DNA from: Podarcis melisellensis
Taxonomy: Eukaryota
Assembly (NCBI GenBank): GCA_964234715.1
Contig: OZ174281.1
Length of the DNA: 64,000 bases
Reading direction: 5' to 3' (one strand)
Within the stretch, counting starts at the first letter, position 1; each line of letters opens with the position of its first letter. Positions 13,918-26,147 of this stretch are shown in pieces. The notes under the pieces were generated by a model. That model had not been told where the DNA came from and ran no database searches. It worked only from the letters and a program-made list of their open reading frames with translations. A program made the translations under genes and the position numbers.

Positions 13918-15689
13918 GCTTTTCTGTGGGATTTATTTACAATACATGTGAGCTGCTAAATATACTTTCAATTATTTAAGACAAAACTAAGAGCAAGGAT
14001 ATATTCAAGGATACCTCTTCTCGTGGCCAGCTCTAGGGTAGGTTAGCAAAGTACTTTTCAATTATTTACCCCTAAAATGGTGGAATGCCCCTTCAGGATT
14101 AGGGAAGACTTACCTGGATCCCAACAGTAACCATGCTCCTCCCCCCCCCCCCAATTCTCCACACCACGATCCAGAAATTGTGGATAGGTGGGGGTCCTGC
14201 ATGCATTTTAATAGGAGCATTTCTCAGTTGCACAGGAAGTCAATTCATACATTTATTCTAGCAAGACAACATTTAGAACAGGCTTTGCCATAGAGGCATT
14301 CCCTGGCATGCACGGGGGTCCCCTCCCCTTGCCAAAATCAGGCTGGGAAGAATAGTTTGTTCTGTGTGCTTGATTGCAGGATGTGTATGTCATGCACACA
14401 ACAGCATAACCTTTTTCTGCCCATGAGCAGAAAAAAACGTTGTAGCCCCTGATCTAAAGTATCTCAACAAATTGAATTATTGCATCCACAAGGAAAGTTT
14501 CTAGGCAATCCACAAGATGTTTGGGGCAATATGTAATTTTTTATTAAAGTTCCATTCCTTGTTCAGTACCATTTTGAGGCATGCCTCTTTTTCCTCTTCA
14601 AGAAAGTTTTTTTGCATTGTTAGCAAGGATGACACTGGAATCTTAAAAGTGCCTTCTCCATGTCGCAGCCTGCAAACTATCAATGAATAAGCTTGACATA
14701 ATCATTTCTTGAAGAGCTCAAGGAGGTGGCAAAGTATGCTTGAGAGAGGGACTTGTGGAACTTAAAAATATTGTTGAAGAGCCAAACTGTAGTGATGAAC
14801 AATAATAAAAGTAAGTCAGCATAGGGGCCACAAGTGTACAAAATGTGTTGATGCAGAGTTAGAGGATGAATTAAAGACCTTTTGTAATCGAGTTCAGAAG
14901 CCTGCAAGGAAAATAGTGCCACCTGGTGACAGAAGGCCATGACTGAAGAAATAAACTGCCAGACATTGTATTGATTTCGTGTGGAGCGTCTGAAGGTAGG
15001 AAACCCTGTGTTTCTTAAGAGGAGGAGTGTCAATTTCCGTGTAGTAAAGGGATACTAATAGCCAGTGCTATAATTCTCACAGTTTGAAGGAAAGGAGGTT
15101 GTGATATTATGGCTACACTCTGAGAATCAGGGTAGAATATAAAGTTTTTAGTGGGGTATGTCTCTCATAGCTCAATACATTTTCACTCCCTATTTCCCTG
15201 ACAATTTGTCTTATTCTTAATGGGGTTGGGAAAGGGAAAGGGGTAGTTGTGAACAAGTTATAAGAAACAACAAGGCTACTTGCTAAGGTTTCTCCGACTG
15301 GCACAAACATTTGTTGAAGATGAATAATTGAAAGGCAGGTAATACGAATTTAATTATATGTTCATTTGTACTAATATGTGCTATAAAATATCTGTGACCA
15401 AAGGAGGCTTTTAATAGCTGTGTGAAGGAGAATATTTTGGTAGGTTCTTTTCTGTTCTTGGGAGCTGTCCTAGCCAGGTGTGGCATAGGTGTATGGCTGC
15501 CAGTGATTGTTCAGCACCATGGACAGCTCATGGGGCCGGAGTGAAGATCAAGCGTAAACCCAGACTTGCTGAGAAGGAAGGAGCTTGGGCTGTTGCTCCA
15601 ACAGTAGTTGAGGTAGTATTTGAGGGTATGTTGGTATTCCTGTTCTATTCCTTATTATAAAGGATTTGGCATTTTATCTGAAAATCATA

Positions 15690-15848
15690 ACCATGTTTAA
15701 TAGAACAGATGTCTAGTGCAACACTAATGACAATTTTATAATGAAATGTTTTTAGAATCGTTGGATTATTTTGATTGTTTTTAGCCGCCCTGAGCCCAGT
15801 TTCGGCTGGGGAGGGCGGGATATAAATAAAATTTATTATTATTATTAA
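15690..15848 (+). mobile_element. L2-type LINE 3' tail
   Basis: ttagccgccctgagcccagtttcggctggggagggcgggatataaataaaatttattatt; same family as the tail at 55971 (opposite strand). Confidence 0.7.
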
Positions 15849-16366
15849 CTGATCAAAAATGCTCTTATTAGCAGTGTGAGCCAGCAGGCCAATGGTTAGA
15901 GATAATGGGAGTTGGGGTCCAAAATATATGGAGTACACCAGATTAGGGAAGACTGTAAGGCACATTAACCTTTTGGGGCTTGCAATAACTGTATATCTAT
16001 AGCACAAAAAAATGTTTCATACAAAGGGGAAAACGGTATATTCATTCATTCAAAATCCTTTATAAAGCATCTATATTTTCACAAATCTCCAAGTGTCTTT
16101 CTTTCTTTCTTTCTTTAAAACAATTAGAAGAATTTTCTGACTACTTGGCATTGATTGGGCTTCTGGTGCAAAAATTCAAATATAGGTTTTTTTTTTAAAA
16201 AAATAAATCATCATCATCATTTTTTCAATGAAATACACTGCTGATTGTAAGAGATAATATAAAGTCTTAATTCTCAGAGCCTTTTTGTTACCAGAACAGA
16301 TTAACAACCACGGAGCTAGATCTTAAAAGTCCCTTCTCCAAATTGTAGTAAGAAGCTAGTAATATA

Positions 16367-16391
16367 TGTGTGTTTGTGTGTGTGTGTGTGT

Positions 16392-16430
<39 letters not shown>
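16367..16430. repeat. Compound (TG)n-(CA)n microsatellite
   Basis: Direct reading: tgtg...tgtgtacacaca...caca, self-complementary about the central ta. Confidence 0.95.
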
Positions 16431-16432
<2 letters not shown>

Positions 16433-16500
16433 GTAAAAAAATAATAAAAAACAGAGAGGTTCAAGACTTCAGTGAGAAATGTCATTGGCTCTTGAACTTA

Positions 16501-16851
16501 AAGGTAAAGGGACCCCTGACCATTAGGTCCTGTTGTGGCCGACTCTGGGGTTGTGGCGCTCATCTTGCTTTACAGGCCGAGGGAGCCAGCGTACAGCTTC
16601 CGGGTCATGTGGCCAGCATGACTAAGCCGCTTCTGGTGAACCAGAGCAGCGCACAGAAACACCGTTTACCTACCCGCTGGAGCGGTACCTATTTATCTAC
16701 TTGCACTTTGACGTGCTTTCGAACTGCTAGGTGGGCAGGAGCAGGGACCAAAGCAATGGGAACTCACCCCGTCACGGGGATTCAAACCGCCAACCTTCTG
16801 ATTGGCAAGTGCTAGGCTCTGTGGTTTAACCCACAGCGCCACCCGTGTCCC
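16501..16851 (-). mobile_element. Sauria SINE (POM/Squam1-type), full length
   Basis: Reverse strand has a tRNA-like head with A/B boxes and an (ACCTTT)n tail; 15-bp TSD tggctcttgaactta at 16486-16500 and 16852-16866. Confidence 0.92.
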
Positions 16852-17925
16852 TGGCTCTTGAACTTATTTGGGGCTTTTAGTTTTGGGGCTCTGAAATTCC
16901 TCTGTTGTTTTCATGGGGAGAAGCTTCCTTGTTCCTGTCAGAGTTCTCCTTGTTTTCAATTCAGTTACAGTCCGCAGAATTCCTCAGGTATTTAGCACCT
17001 GCAATTTCTTAGGTATTTAGCACCCAGCCACTCCAGATTTGCTTCAAACTACCTCTTTAGGCTCAATTTCTGTAGCAACTCTTATTAGAAAGTGTTTTGT
17101 GTATCAGATAGCACAGCACTCTCACACCGGCCACTAGTCAATTAAAGCAATTAGAGGTGTCACTTTTCTTGCTTTGTGCGGCTTGTTCAGAAACAAATCC
17201 CATTTACTTTACACCTCTGTTTCCTTCTGACCTACTCCGAGCTGCTGCTGAGACTTGCAATTCTTTTTGTCACGCGCAGTGCTAATCTATGAGAAGTGCA
17301 GCATGTCGGAAGCTTTGCATATTAGAGTGGCCATCATGGTTTTATGGCAAGCTTCTCCTTGAGCTCTCGTGTCACGTCCAATTTCTGGGAGGCCATTTGT
17401 CATGCTATGCGTAGGTCTCTTTATCAGACACCTGGCTTTTTGAAGGCAACACAGCCACCCAGGAGCATGCATCAGTCGGTATGCAAATAGGCTTTGAAAA
17501 TGTTTCACATGGCTGTCCTCTTGTTCTGCCTGGTCTTTGGATGATGCTACCGATTTTGAACGGCAAGGGCTGATGGCCATGAGTGCTGCATGTTCTGAGT
17601 GACATTACGGTTGTCGAGCTGCATTAATGTTCAAATGCTGGGCATCCATCTATTTTTGTTCCCACCCTTCAAACTAAGTGTGACAGCCCTTCCACCCCTC
17701 TGTGGCATTCTGCTGAGGAGCTTTTTCGGATATTTTGAAGCTGATGCTGCATTTTGGAGATGGAGGGAGGAGAATCGAGAAGAGACTCATCAAAGCTTTT
17801 TTTGACCAAAGGCCAAACGATGGTGCTGTTTACGTGGCATGTATTAAAATCAGAGGCCTACTTTGGAGGGGCTTGGACAGACCTTCTCTTATTTTTACTG
17901 TTCCATCTCAAGTGGCAGTAAACTA

Positions 17926-18281
17926 AAGGTAAAGGTAAAGGACCCCTGACAGTTAAGTCCAGTCACGAATGACTCTGGGGTTGTGGCGCTCATCTCGCTT
18001 TACTGGCCAAGGGAGCTGACGTTTGTCTGCAGACAGTTTTTCCGGGTCATGTGGCTAGCATGACTAAGCCACTTCTGGTGAAACCAGAGCAGCACATGAA
18101 AATGCCATTTACCTTCCCGCTGGAGCGATACCTATTTATCTACTTGCACTTTGATGTGCTAGGTTGGCAGGAGCTGGGAATGAACAATGGGAGCTCACCC
18201 TGTCATGGGGATACAAACCACGACCTTCCGACCGGCAAGCCCTAGGCTCAGTGGTTTAGACCACAGCGCCACCCGCGTCCC
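17926..18281 (-). mobile_element. Sauria SINE, subfamily with gacagttaagtccagtc near the 3' end
   Basis: (AAAGGT)n tail on the left and head ...gccacccgcgtccc on the right; TSD tggcagtaaacta at 17913-17925 and 18283-18295. Confidence 0.92.
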
Positions 18282-19784
18282 ATGGCAGTAAACTAGGAAG
18301 CCCAAATTTACTGCCCAGCAAATGTCCAACAGGCAACTGACACATGTAACTGATCAAACTGCATCCTCTACCTGCCCCACCTCATGTCATGTATGATGTC
18401 AGGTGTGGGGCAGGTAGGTGTGGTTTAGGGGAAAATGGCCCAGTAAACCAAGTGGGAAGGCTAGTGGACCAAATTTGACCCATGGGCCAGAGGTTCCCAC
18501 ACCAGTGGGGTAGAACAATGGAGGCACCTAATAATAGACAGGGACCTTCAGTACTTCTTCTCACACTAATGTTCAATCAGCTATTCCTTTACATCAGTAA
18601 GAGTCCAACTAGAAGATGTATTTGTGGTTTTTTTTCTTGAAGGCTTTGCATTCCTTTGCATTCCTGCCCCCTCTTCAGTCACACAAACTGACAGCATGGA
18701 TTTGAAAATGCAAGATGAGCAAACTCAGTCAGAAAACATCCATTGTTATCCAAACCCTTGTGCACTTACATACTTGCTAATAAGGTTGTGTGCTCCTTCC
18801 CACTACAATATTTTTTTGGGGAGGTGTTCTGTCCCTGCAAGTCCTTTTAACATTCATTTTGGGTACAGCCCATTAGCTGCTATTTTGAACGAATGCATTT
18901 CCTTTAGTCATGCAAACACGATAAATGTTAGGTAAGCAAGAGGACTGTCTAAACTTCCAGATAGCCTTGTAAATACATAATCATAATCTGCATTTTTTAC
19001 TAAATTTATAAATATTGTAAATACCTTCTTTGCAATTAAGAAAAACCATGCACATTGACTGCAAAGTGTGGCAGCAGGTTCCTATATGGGGGCATTTTTA
19101 GGTTCGCTTGTGACTTTTCATCTTTTTCAAAAAGTTAAGAGTTTCTTGAGCATGGCAGAACTGTATAAAAAGGTTACTTTTAAAGAAAAAAGTCTTGGGA
19201 GGGAAATTTTTTGGGTCCCCCTCCCCCCCCAAACTCTACCATCCATGAAAAAGAAGAAAGAAATTTTAATGATTTGTGATGCATTGGAGCTATTACAGAG
19301 TAGTATCTCTGGCAGGAAAGTAATGAGATGACTGCTAGAAAGCAATTCTGTCTTGATTTAACCTTCTCACTATCTAGGACAGGGATGTAGCATGCAATTT
19401 TATTTTATTTTATTTACCTGTGGAATCTTGCCTCCTATCCTCCAAACAGTATGATGCATGGGATGTGTGTATGTGAGATGCATATGAGATTTACCTTTGA
19501 GTAGGTGTATTTAGGACTGCGCTATAAGAGGATTTTGATATCTGATTCATGGTACCAATCAGTGTTATGCCAGATTAGAAGCAGGTTCTCTTTGTCATTT
19601 AAATTTGTTCAAAGTGTTCCTATGCCACATTGTGATGAAATGTCTCTTAAACCATGGCTGGATGAGTGATATATATCAAATAATGTTGCCTCTCATAATA
19701 TTAGGAAAGGAACTGATGCTAGATAGAGATTAAAAAAGGGGAAATTGTCCCTTTTTCGATTTGGATGCTGAGTATTAGAAAGTG

Positions 19785-19915
19785 TAGGAAGAAATTGTCA
19801 TAAGCCATTAGTCCATCCAACTCAGTATGTCTGTTGACTGGCAGAGGCTCTCTGAGGCCTTTAACCAGATTCTTCTACATCAAGATGTCAATGATTGGGA
19901 CCTTTTGCATATATG
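19785..19915 (-). mobile_element. Degenerate Squam3-like SINE
   Basis: ccattagtccatccaactcagtatgtctgttgactggcagaggctctc...gggaccttttgcat is the reverse complement of the Squam3-like body. Confidence 0.55.
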
Positions 19916-20151
19916 GAGCTCTACCTAATTTTGGTAATTTTGGATTTTCTGAATATTGACTGTGCATTGCATAGGATGATCAGTTGTTGGATGCAACTGA
20001 TGTTGTTTAGCTGTTCTTGAATAATCCCTTGATAAACTTCTGCTGAACCAAGGTTTCCCAGAAAATAGCTTGAAATGATTTGAAAAGTTGATATATGGTA
20101 TATGTCCTTGGTAAATAGCATAGATGGTTTGTCATAATTGATAGTTGGCAT

Positions 20152-20514
20152 AAAGGTAAAGGTACCCCATCCCGTACGGGCCAGTCGTGTCCGACTCTAG
20201 GGTTGTGCGCCCATCTCACTTAAGAGGCCGGGGGCCAGCGCTGTCCGGAGACACTTCCGGGTCACATGGCCAGCGTGACGAAGCTGCTCTGGCGAGCCAG
20301 CACCAGCGCAGCACACGGAAACGGCGTTTACCTTCCCGCTATAAAGTGGTACCTATTTATCTACTTGCACTTAAGTGTGCTTTTGAACTGCTAGGTGGGC
20401 AGGAGCTGGGACCGAACGCCGGGAGCTCACCCTGCCGTGGGGATTCGAACCGCCGACCATGCGATCAGCAAGTCCTAGGTGCTGAGGTTTTACCCACAGC
20501 AACACCCGCATCCC
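20152..20514 (-). mobile_element. Sauria SINE, distinct subfamily (ggtacccc..cccgtacgggcc)
   Basis: Same architecture as the other copies; diagnostic cttaagaggccgggggccagc and accttcccgctataaa motifs shared with 55233-55592. Confidence 0.9.
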
Positions 20515-23186
20515 TTTTCATTTTTAACATTAGTTAGCATTTGACAATGATAATGTGGCGGGAGGGGAGATAATTCTAGCAAGAACACGAGATGGTTATT
20601 GGTATTTAACATTTAACAGTTATGAGATTTCATGTTTGAATATCAAAACAATTGAGAAACGTAACATAACTTAAAGCATTTTTATTTTGCAATCAGGAAA
20701 TATGTTTACTTTTCACTTTAAAAACCCCTCATTCATAACTTTGAATTGAGATTTTCCAAAATACATCTAATTTTTCATGCTTGCAAATATCATTTCTGGT
20801 ACTAGATGGGCCTGCACAAAATACGAATACATTTTCTTCCCATTTTGTATATATCCCTCTCTAACATGTAGAGGACATGTATAAATAAAATCCTGACTTG
20901 CTATTATTCATAACACAGATTGGCTGGACTGTTTATGTGAAGAATGTTACTTCAGACACTTGGAAAAGAGAAGATATATACATTTTCAGGAATGTATAGC
21001 AGGAGATGGGAATGCTCTTTCTAACAGCTGATATATTGATGGAGCCAGCAAGCTCATTCTCTTATCAGGGGCAGCCCAGACACAAATGTAGCAAGTTAGA
21101 AAAAAGCTCTTCTCTAGGTCAAATATTTCTTTCTCATATTACTTATGGAGGAATCAACTTCAGGAGTTTATCTTTACAGCACATAATTGGTAATTTCCCC
21201 CTCCCCTAAAAGACAGGCAATGTCAGCATCTCTCTTTACAGATGCTCCATATACTTTCACGGTCATAAGGCTTTGCCAATGACAGGTCAGGAAAATGCAG
21301 TCTGCATCTAAGGCCTTCCTGATCTGAATTGCAATATACTGAATCCTTAAATCTCCTTTGCAGTTCTTTCAAGGGAAAAAAAAAAGCACAGAAGTTGAGG
21401 GCAAGGCAGCAAGGTGGATGGATGTTGATTGATTTTGCTGGAATACAGAAATAAGGACAGGCTGTTCTTTTTTTGGGTGACAGCCTGCTATATTTGGCAA
21501 TATTACCATTGCAAGTGTTACATTTTTAGAGCAGCCATATGAGCAATAAGAACACCACCCTGCAGTTTTAAGAAGAAAGCTAATGCAGAATGGCCAGATT
21601 TTATACTCTGGCACAGCTAGTGAATGTCAGAAATGTACATGTGCATTACAGAACACGAATGCCACTTGTTGCATTCCACCTGAAGTTCCTTAAAGATGTA
21701 TAGAATGACAGGATATTCCCCCACATGTTAACTCTATGATGTTCTGAATAGACTACTCTGAGTCAGTTCCTTTCTGTCACCCCAACCTTGGCTTGGCCAA
21801 ATGCAATTGGGAAAATGTATTCACTTGTCAATAGATGTCTCCTCTAGGGTATCTACACATACCCAGTTGAAAGGTTGGAGGTGTATATTGTGGGAAGTTG
21901 TAGCGTGGCAAGATTAGTGAGCCTTAGAGGAAGGTGGGCTTGGTCAATCTCAGGAGCAGCCCTTAACTGCCTCTACCTACACAACACCAAACCCTTAAGC
22001 CAGTGGAACTATTTGTGGCCCTAGGGCAGGTATAGGCAAACTCCAGACCCTGCAGGAAAATAATGCAATGCCTGGGTATCCTGCTGTTTCACTGTATCCT
22101 TGTCTGCCCTGAAGGGAATTCTCATTTTCGAGTGATTCCATTTTAGGACCAGTGGTCAGGGATGATGGGAATTGTAGTCCCAAAGCAGCCAGAGGGCCGA
22201 GTTTGGAGATGCCTGGACTAGGAGAACACAATTGCCCTACAATAGGTAAACAATTCAAAACATACCCAGCAGTTGCAGCAAATGAAATGACATGGTGTGC
22301 ACTACTACATGGTATCAGTGTTCATCTACACATATTCAGATGTATAGGTACTAGAGACAACAGAGCCCACCCTCCTGCCACTCAGGGATTTAACTTCTAG
22401 AGACCTTGGGGACGGAGCTGGAACTTGAACAACGATGGGTCCATCAACTCATGCTAACAAAATGTTAACCAAGCACCCCTAAATGACAACAATAGGATGA
22501 AACAGTGACAGACAGCGACTTTGCAGAAACCGAAAAATGTCCCCAAATAAAGAATGTCCTTGCTGAACAGAACTTGATGCATCTGTCACATCTGGAGGGC
22601 CAGAGTTTGCCAATGCATGCCCTAAGGCTACCTTGGTCTTCTTTCATTCAAGTGGTAAGATGGGAAACACCATGGAGGGGAGGGATTTGCAGAGAGACAA
22701 AAAAGGTGCCCCACTCACCTTTCATTCCTGCCCCGCCCACTGCCAGCATGTAAGTTTTGACATTTAACCCTAAGAGAGCACAGTCGTTGGCTCAAATAGT
22801 TTGCAGTCCTAGCATCTATCAGTTAGCCAGACATTCTGCAGCTTTGACAAAGGAAATGAGGGAAACACAAACAGAGGATAAGATATTGATGTCTACTGCT
22901 CACGTGAGCTACCTGCTGCCTCCATGATCAGAGGAGATGTGCCTCGCTGGGAGAGGGCTGTTTGCATGTCGGTCTTGCCTGCAGGCTTTCCACACCATCA
23001 GGTTGGACAATGTGAGAAAGGGATGCTGTACTAAATGGGTCTTCAGTCTGATCCAACAGGGTTCTTCTTGTGCTCATTGACCTGCTTTGACCCATTTGTA
23101 TTGAAGCTTGTTTTAAGCATACCTTGAGAGTACACCTTGAATATTACTTCATCCAGAAAACTAGATCCACAGGAGTGAATTTTTCA

Positions 23187-23699
23187 CTGTATTTTTCGCT
23201 CTATAGGACGCACTTTCCCCCCTCCAAAAATTAAGGGGAAATGTGTGTGCGTCCTATGGAGCGAATGCAGGCTCCTTGTCTTCAGCGATAGCAACGTGAA
23301 GCCTCCGAAGTGCAGAGGGAGCGCTCCCTCCACGCTCCGGAGGCTTCACATTGCTTTCGCTGAAGCCTGGAGAGCGAGAGGGGTTGGTGCACACCGACCC
23401 CTCTCGCTCTCCAGGCTTCAGGGATAGCCGCCTGAAGCCTTCAGAGCTCAGCGTGAGTTCCCGCTGTGCTCCGGAGGCTTCAGGTTCCTTTCGCTGAAGC
23501 CGGGAGAGCAAGACTCTCCTGGCTTCAGCAGAGAGGGAGAGCTGCGCAGCACCCCTTCAGCCAAGCGGGAGGAGAAATGGAAGGGGCTCCGTTTATCCTG
23601 CTGCTTAGCTGAAGGGGCACTGAGCAGAGAGGGGGAGAATTTTTTTTCTTGTTCTCCCCCTCTAAAACAAGGTGCGTCCTATGGTTGGGTGCGTCCTAT
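23187..23699. mobile_element. Tc1/mariner (pogo-like) non-autonomous element lacking its right TIR
   Basis: Left end ctgtatttttcgctctataggacgcac; the subterminal ggtgcgtcctat repeats end abruptly at 23699 without the expected ...gcgaaaaatacgg. Confidence 0.75.
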
Positions 23700-23701
23700 T
23701 A

Positions 23702-23930
23702 CCACACTGGCCTGAATATAAGTTGCACATTTTGTTTCTAAATTATGACTGTGAAAAGTTAAAGTGCTGCTTAAATTCACGACCATACAAAAATTGGAAT
23801 GGATGTGAGTGCCTGCGGAATTTTAAGGGAGTGGCTTATATTTGGGCATTGTCTTTTTTTTCTCCCCCCCCCCCCGAATTTTAAAGGTGTGGCTTATATT
23901 CGGGTGTGGCTTATATTCGGGCCAATACGG
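23702..23930. mobile_element. Tc1/mariner (pogo-like) MITE
   Basis: TA|ccacactggcctgaatataag ... cttatattcgggccaatacgg|TA; imperfect 21-bp TIRs; subterminal gtggcttatatt repeats. Confidence 0.8.
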
Positions 23931-23977
23931 TACTAAATGAAACAATTTTCTCTCTCCCTCTTTTCACCTTTTCTTAG

Positions 23978-24097
23978 GGGCATATGTGCTACAGGTCAAA
24001 GCAACCGATGCTGATGACCCGACCTATGGAAACAGTGCCAGAGTGGTTTACAGCATCCTTCAGGGACAGCCATATTTCTCCATTGATCCCAAGACAG
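23978..24097 (+). CDS. CDH12: Cadherin-12 internal coding exon (120 bp, phase 1-1), EC2 domain
   Basis: Polypyrimidine tract then ttcttag|GG acceptor; ACAG|gtaatg donor. Translates (G)[39 protein letters not shown](G), matching my recollection of CDH12 (AYVLQVKAT...SIDPKTG); Ca-binding DADD motif present. Confidence 0.95.
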
Positions 24098-25294
24098 GTA
24101 ATGAACGTATTTGCCAGGGAAAATTGTACTGTTTCCCACTTTCAAATATCAAACTGATTAGATGCCCACCTGGACAGTCTTTATCCGATGACAGTGGAAG
24201 AAAAGGTGACAGTATTATTGTTTGTGGAAAAGCATCAGCTGTTTCCCATTAGCACAAGGTAAGTAGCATTGCCTTTTCAGAATTCAACAAATATAAGGAT
24301 TGCTCTGCTGAATCAAAATAAAGGTCTATCAAAGAAATGAACAGGCAGTGTTCCATATGGGAAATTTTGTAAAACAGCTTCCAGTGATTATGGTAAGGGA
24401 TGGATGGATCAGCCGCTTCACAGTCCATGCCAGTTTCCCATGTGTTGATTCATAAGGCTGTTTGCTGTTTTTTGGCATTATCCTGAGCGAATAACACAAA
24501 AAAGAAAACACACATATAAATGCATATTCAAAAATACATTTCTGGATGTATTTTCTTACAGAAATATACATGTCTAAAGATGTTTATTGTTTATGTCTTT
24601 GGTTACTTTTCTGTGCTAAGAACTGCATTGAAAAATTCAGCACGTGAGATCTGGAAGATGACTGCATTCTGAACCATTCATTAGTCCAAGCATTGCGGAC
24701 TGGGTCCCTTTCCATTAGAATTTACAAATAAACAATTCTTCCAATGCTGCCCACAAAGGTTCAAAAAAAATATGGGTGCAGTCACCATGTTTGAAATTGC
24801 CACATCTGTGCTACCTCACAAAAATAACTTCACAGGTAGAATGGAGCCCATACAATTCTGATTTCCAGCCACTACTAAGTTATTGTACCAATTCAGCCTA
24901 TCGTTTACAACACTTAACATACTGCAGAAGGTTGCTTTATACCAGATAACAGCTGACAGCTATTTGTTATAGATGTCAGTGACTCCAGTTGGTAATCCTA
25001 AGCAACTTCATTGCAAGTTAGGTGGGAGAACTCCTGTGTGCTGCTTCTTCCCTGTGAATGCCTTCCCCACACCCCAGATACAGTGACTGCTACATAATAA
25101 ACACAATTCCCATGCCCCCTGATTGAAACGTAACAGCTGTTTTCAGAACTGGTGCACATCTTGCTGAATTGTATCATTTCCAGCCGATGGGGGCTGGAAT
25201 CACAAGTTTAAATGTTTCCCTGAATAAAAGGGCCATTGACATCGAAAACTAGAATGTCAGGGAAGAGGGTAAGCACACTGACATGCTAGGTTTC

Positions 25295-25731
25295 TGTAGT
25301 GGTTATATGGGGTTGCTCGTGCATAAGTTGCCGCCACTCCTGGCTAGGTGGCCTGGTTAAACCTTTTCCTGGCTGGACAGCCCTTCACTTCGTGGCTGTT
25401 TCAGTCGCTAGCAGAATCCGTCAGTGGGCGTTTCTTGAACTTCTTCCAGCACTGAAGTTCTTTGACGCCAAGTCTACGCCTACTTTCCCTGCGCGGAAGT
25501 CTTCTGCGCAGGGTGGGTGTGGGTAGCGGAGGACCCGTGCTCTCCCCGCTGGTCTCCGGCGAAGAGTCCTTGAGCCCCCTCGCCAATTCCCCCATCTGCC
25601 CCCCTTTATCCCTGGTGTTATGCTGATTTCCTTCCCCAGCCGATGAGTTCCCTCTCTCCCTGCTGGGCCCATCTCCGGCATCACTTGGGAGCCTTGCCTC
25701 CACCTCTGGCTCCAATGTCCATTCCCTGGCA
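25295..25731 (-). mobile_element. Solo LTR (437 bp), Gypsy-like/unclassified LTR retrotransposon
   Basis: TG...CA termini; perfect 5-bp TSD gtttc at 25290-25294 and 25732-25736; about 90% identical (hand count over the ORF part) to the inverted copy at 26148-26582. Strand is assigned from the internal ORF. Confidence 0.88.
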
Positions 25732-26147
25732 GTTTCTTTGTACAGGTTTGCTGTGACAACCCTGTCAGATTAATGGAGTATAAATATTATTATTCTTATA
25801 CAATAGGATGTTCCTATTTCCTCGGACAAATATTGGAGGGTATGCAGTTATGTAGCTGACTTCTTTAAGATTAAGCACAGTGTAGGGTTTTAATATAATG
25901 CTAAACTGTGGTCAATCAAAAGCACAAGCAAAGGCTTCTGAGTTCATCTTTGTGGCAGAACTGGAATGGGAGATGGAAAGGAGAATGCATGAACATCAGG
26001 CTCATTCCTATCATGATAAAGTGTAGTTTACTGTGCTATCCAAACATAGACAAAAGTTTTAATATAATATGAAAGCTCAGTGATCCCCCCCCCCAAATCT
26101 GGTTTAATCTTACCCTGAGCCAAATTTCCAGTAGGCTATATTCTGCA

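Noticed and set aside
17050-17350. Repeat-free stretch with clustered homeobox-like ATTA/TAAT motifs, possible conserved enhancer
   Set aside because: Cannot be supported without cross-species alignment; such motifs are common by chance in AT-rich introns.
1-23977. Upstream CDH12 exon (EC1, ending ...VPEMSPV); the downstream PLDFE... exon was also sought after 50088
   Set aside because: No matching peptide seen in the ORF track or by reading; both presumably lie outside the window.
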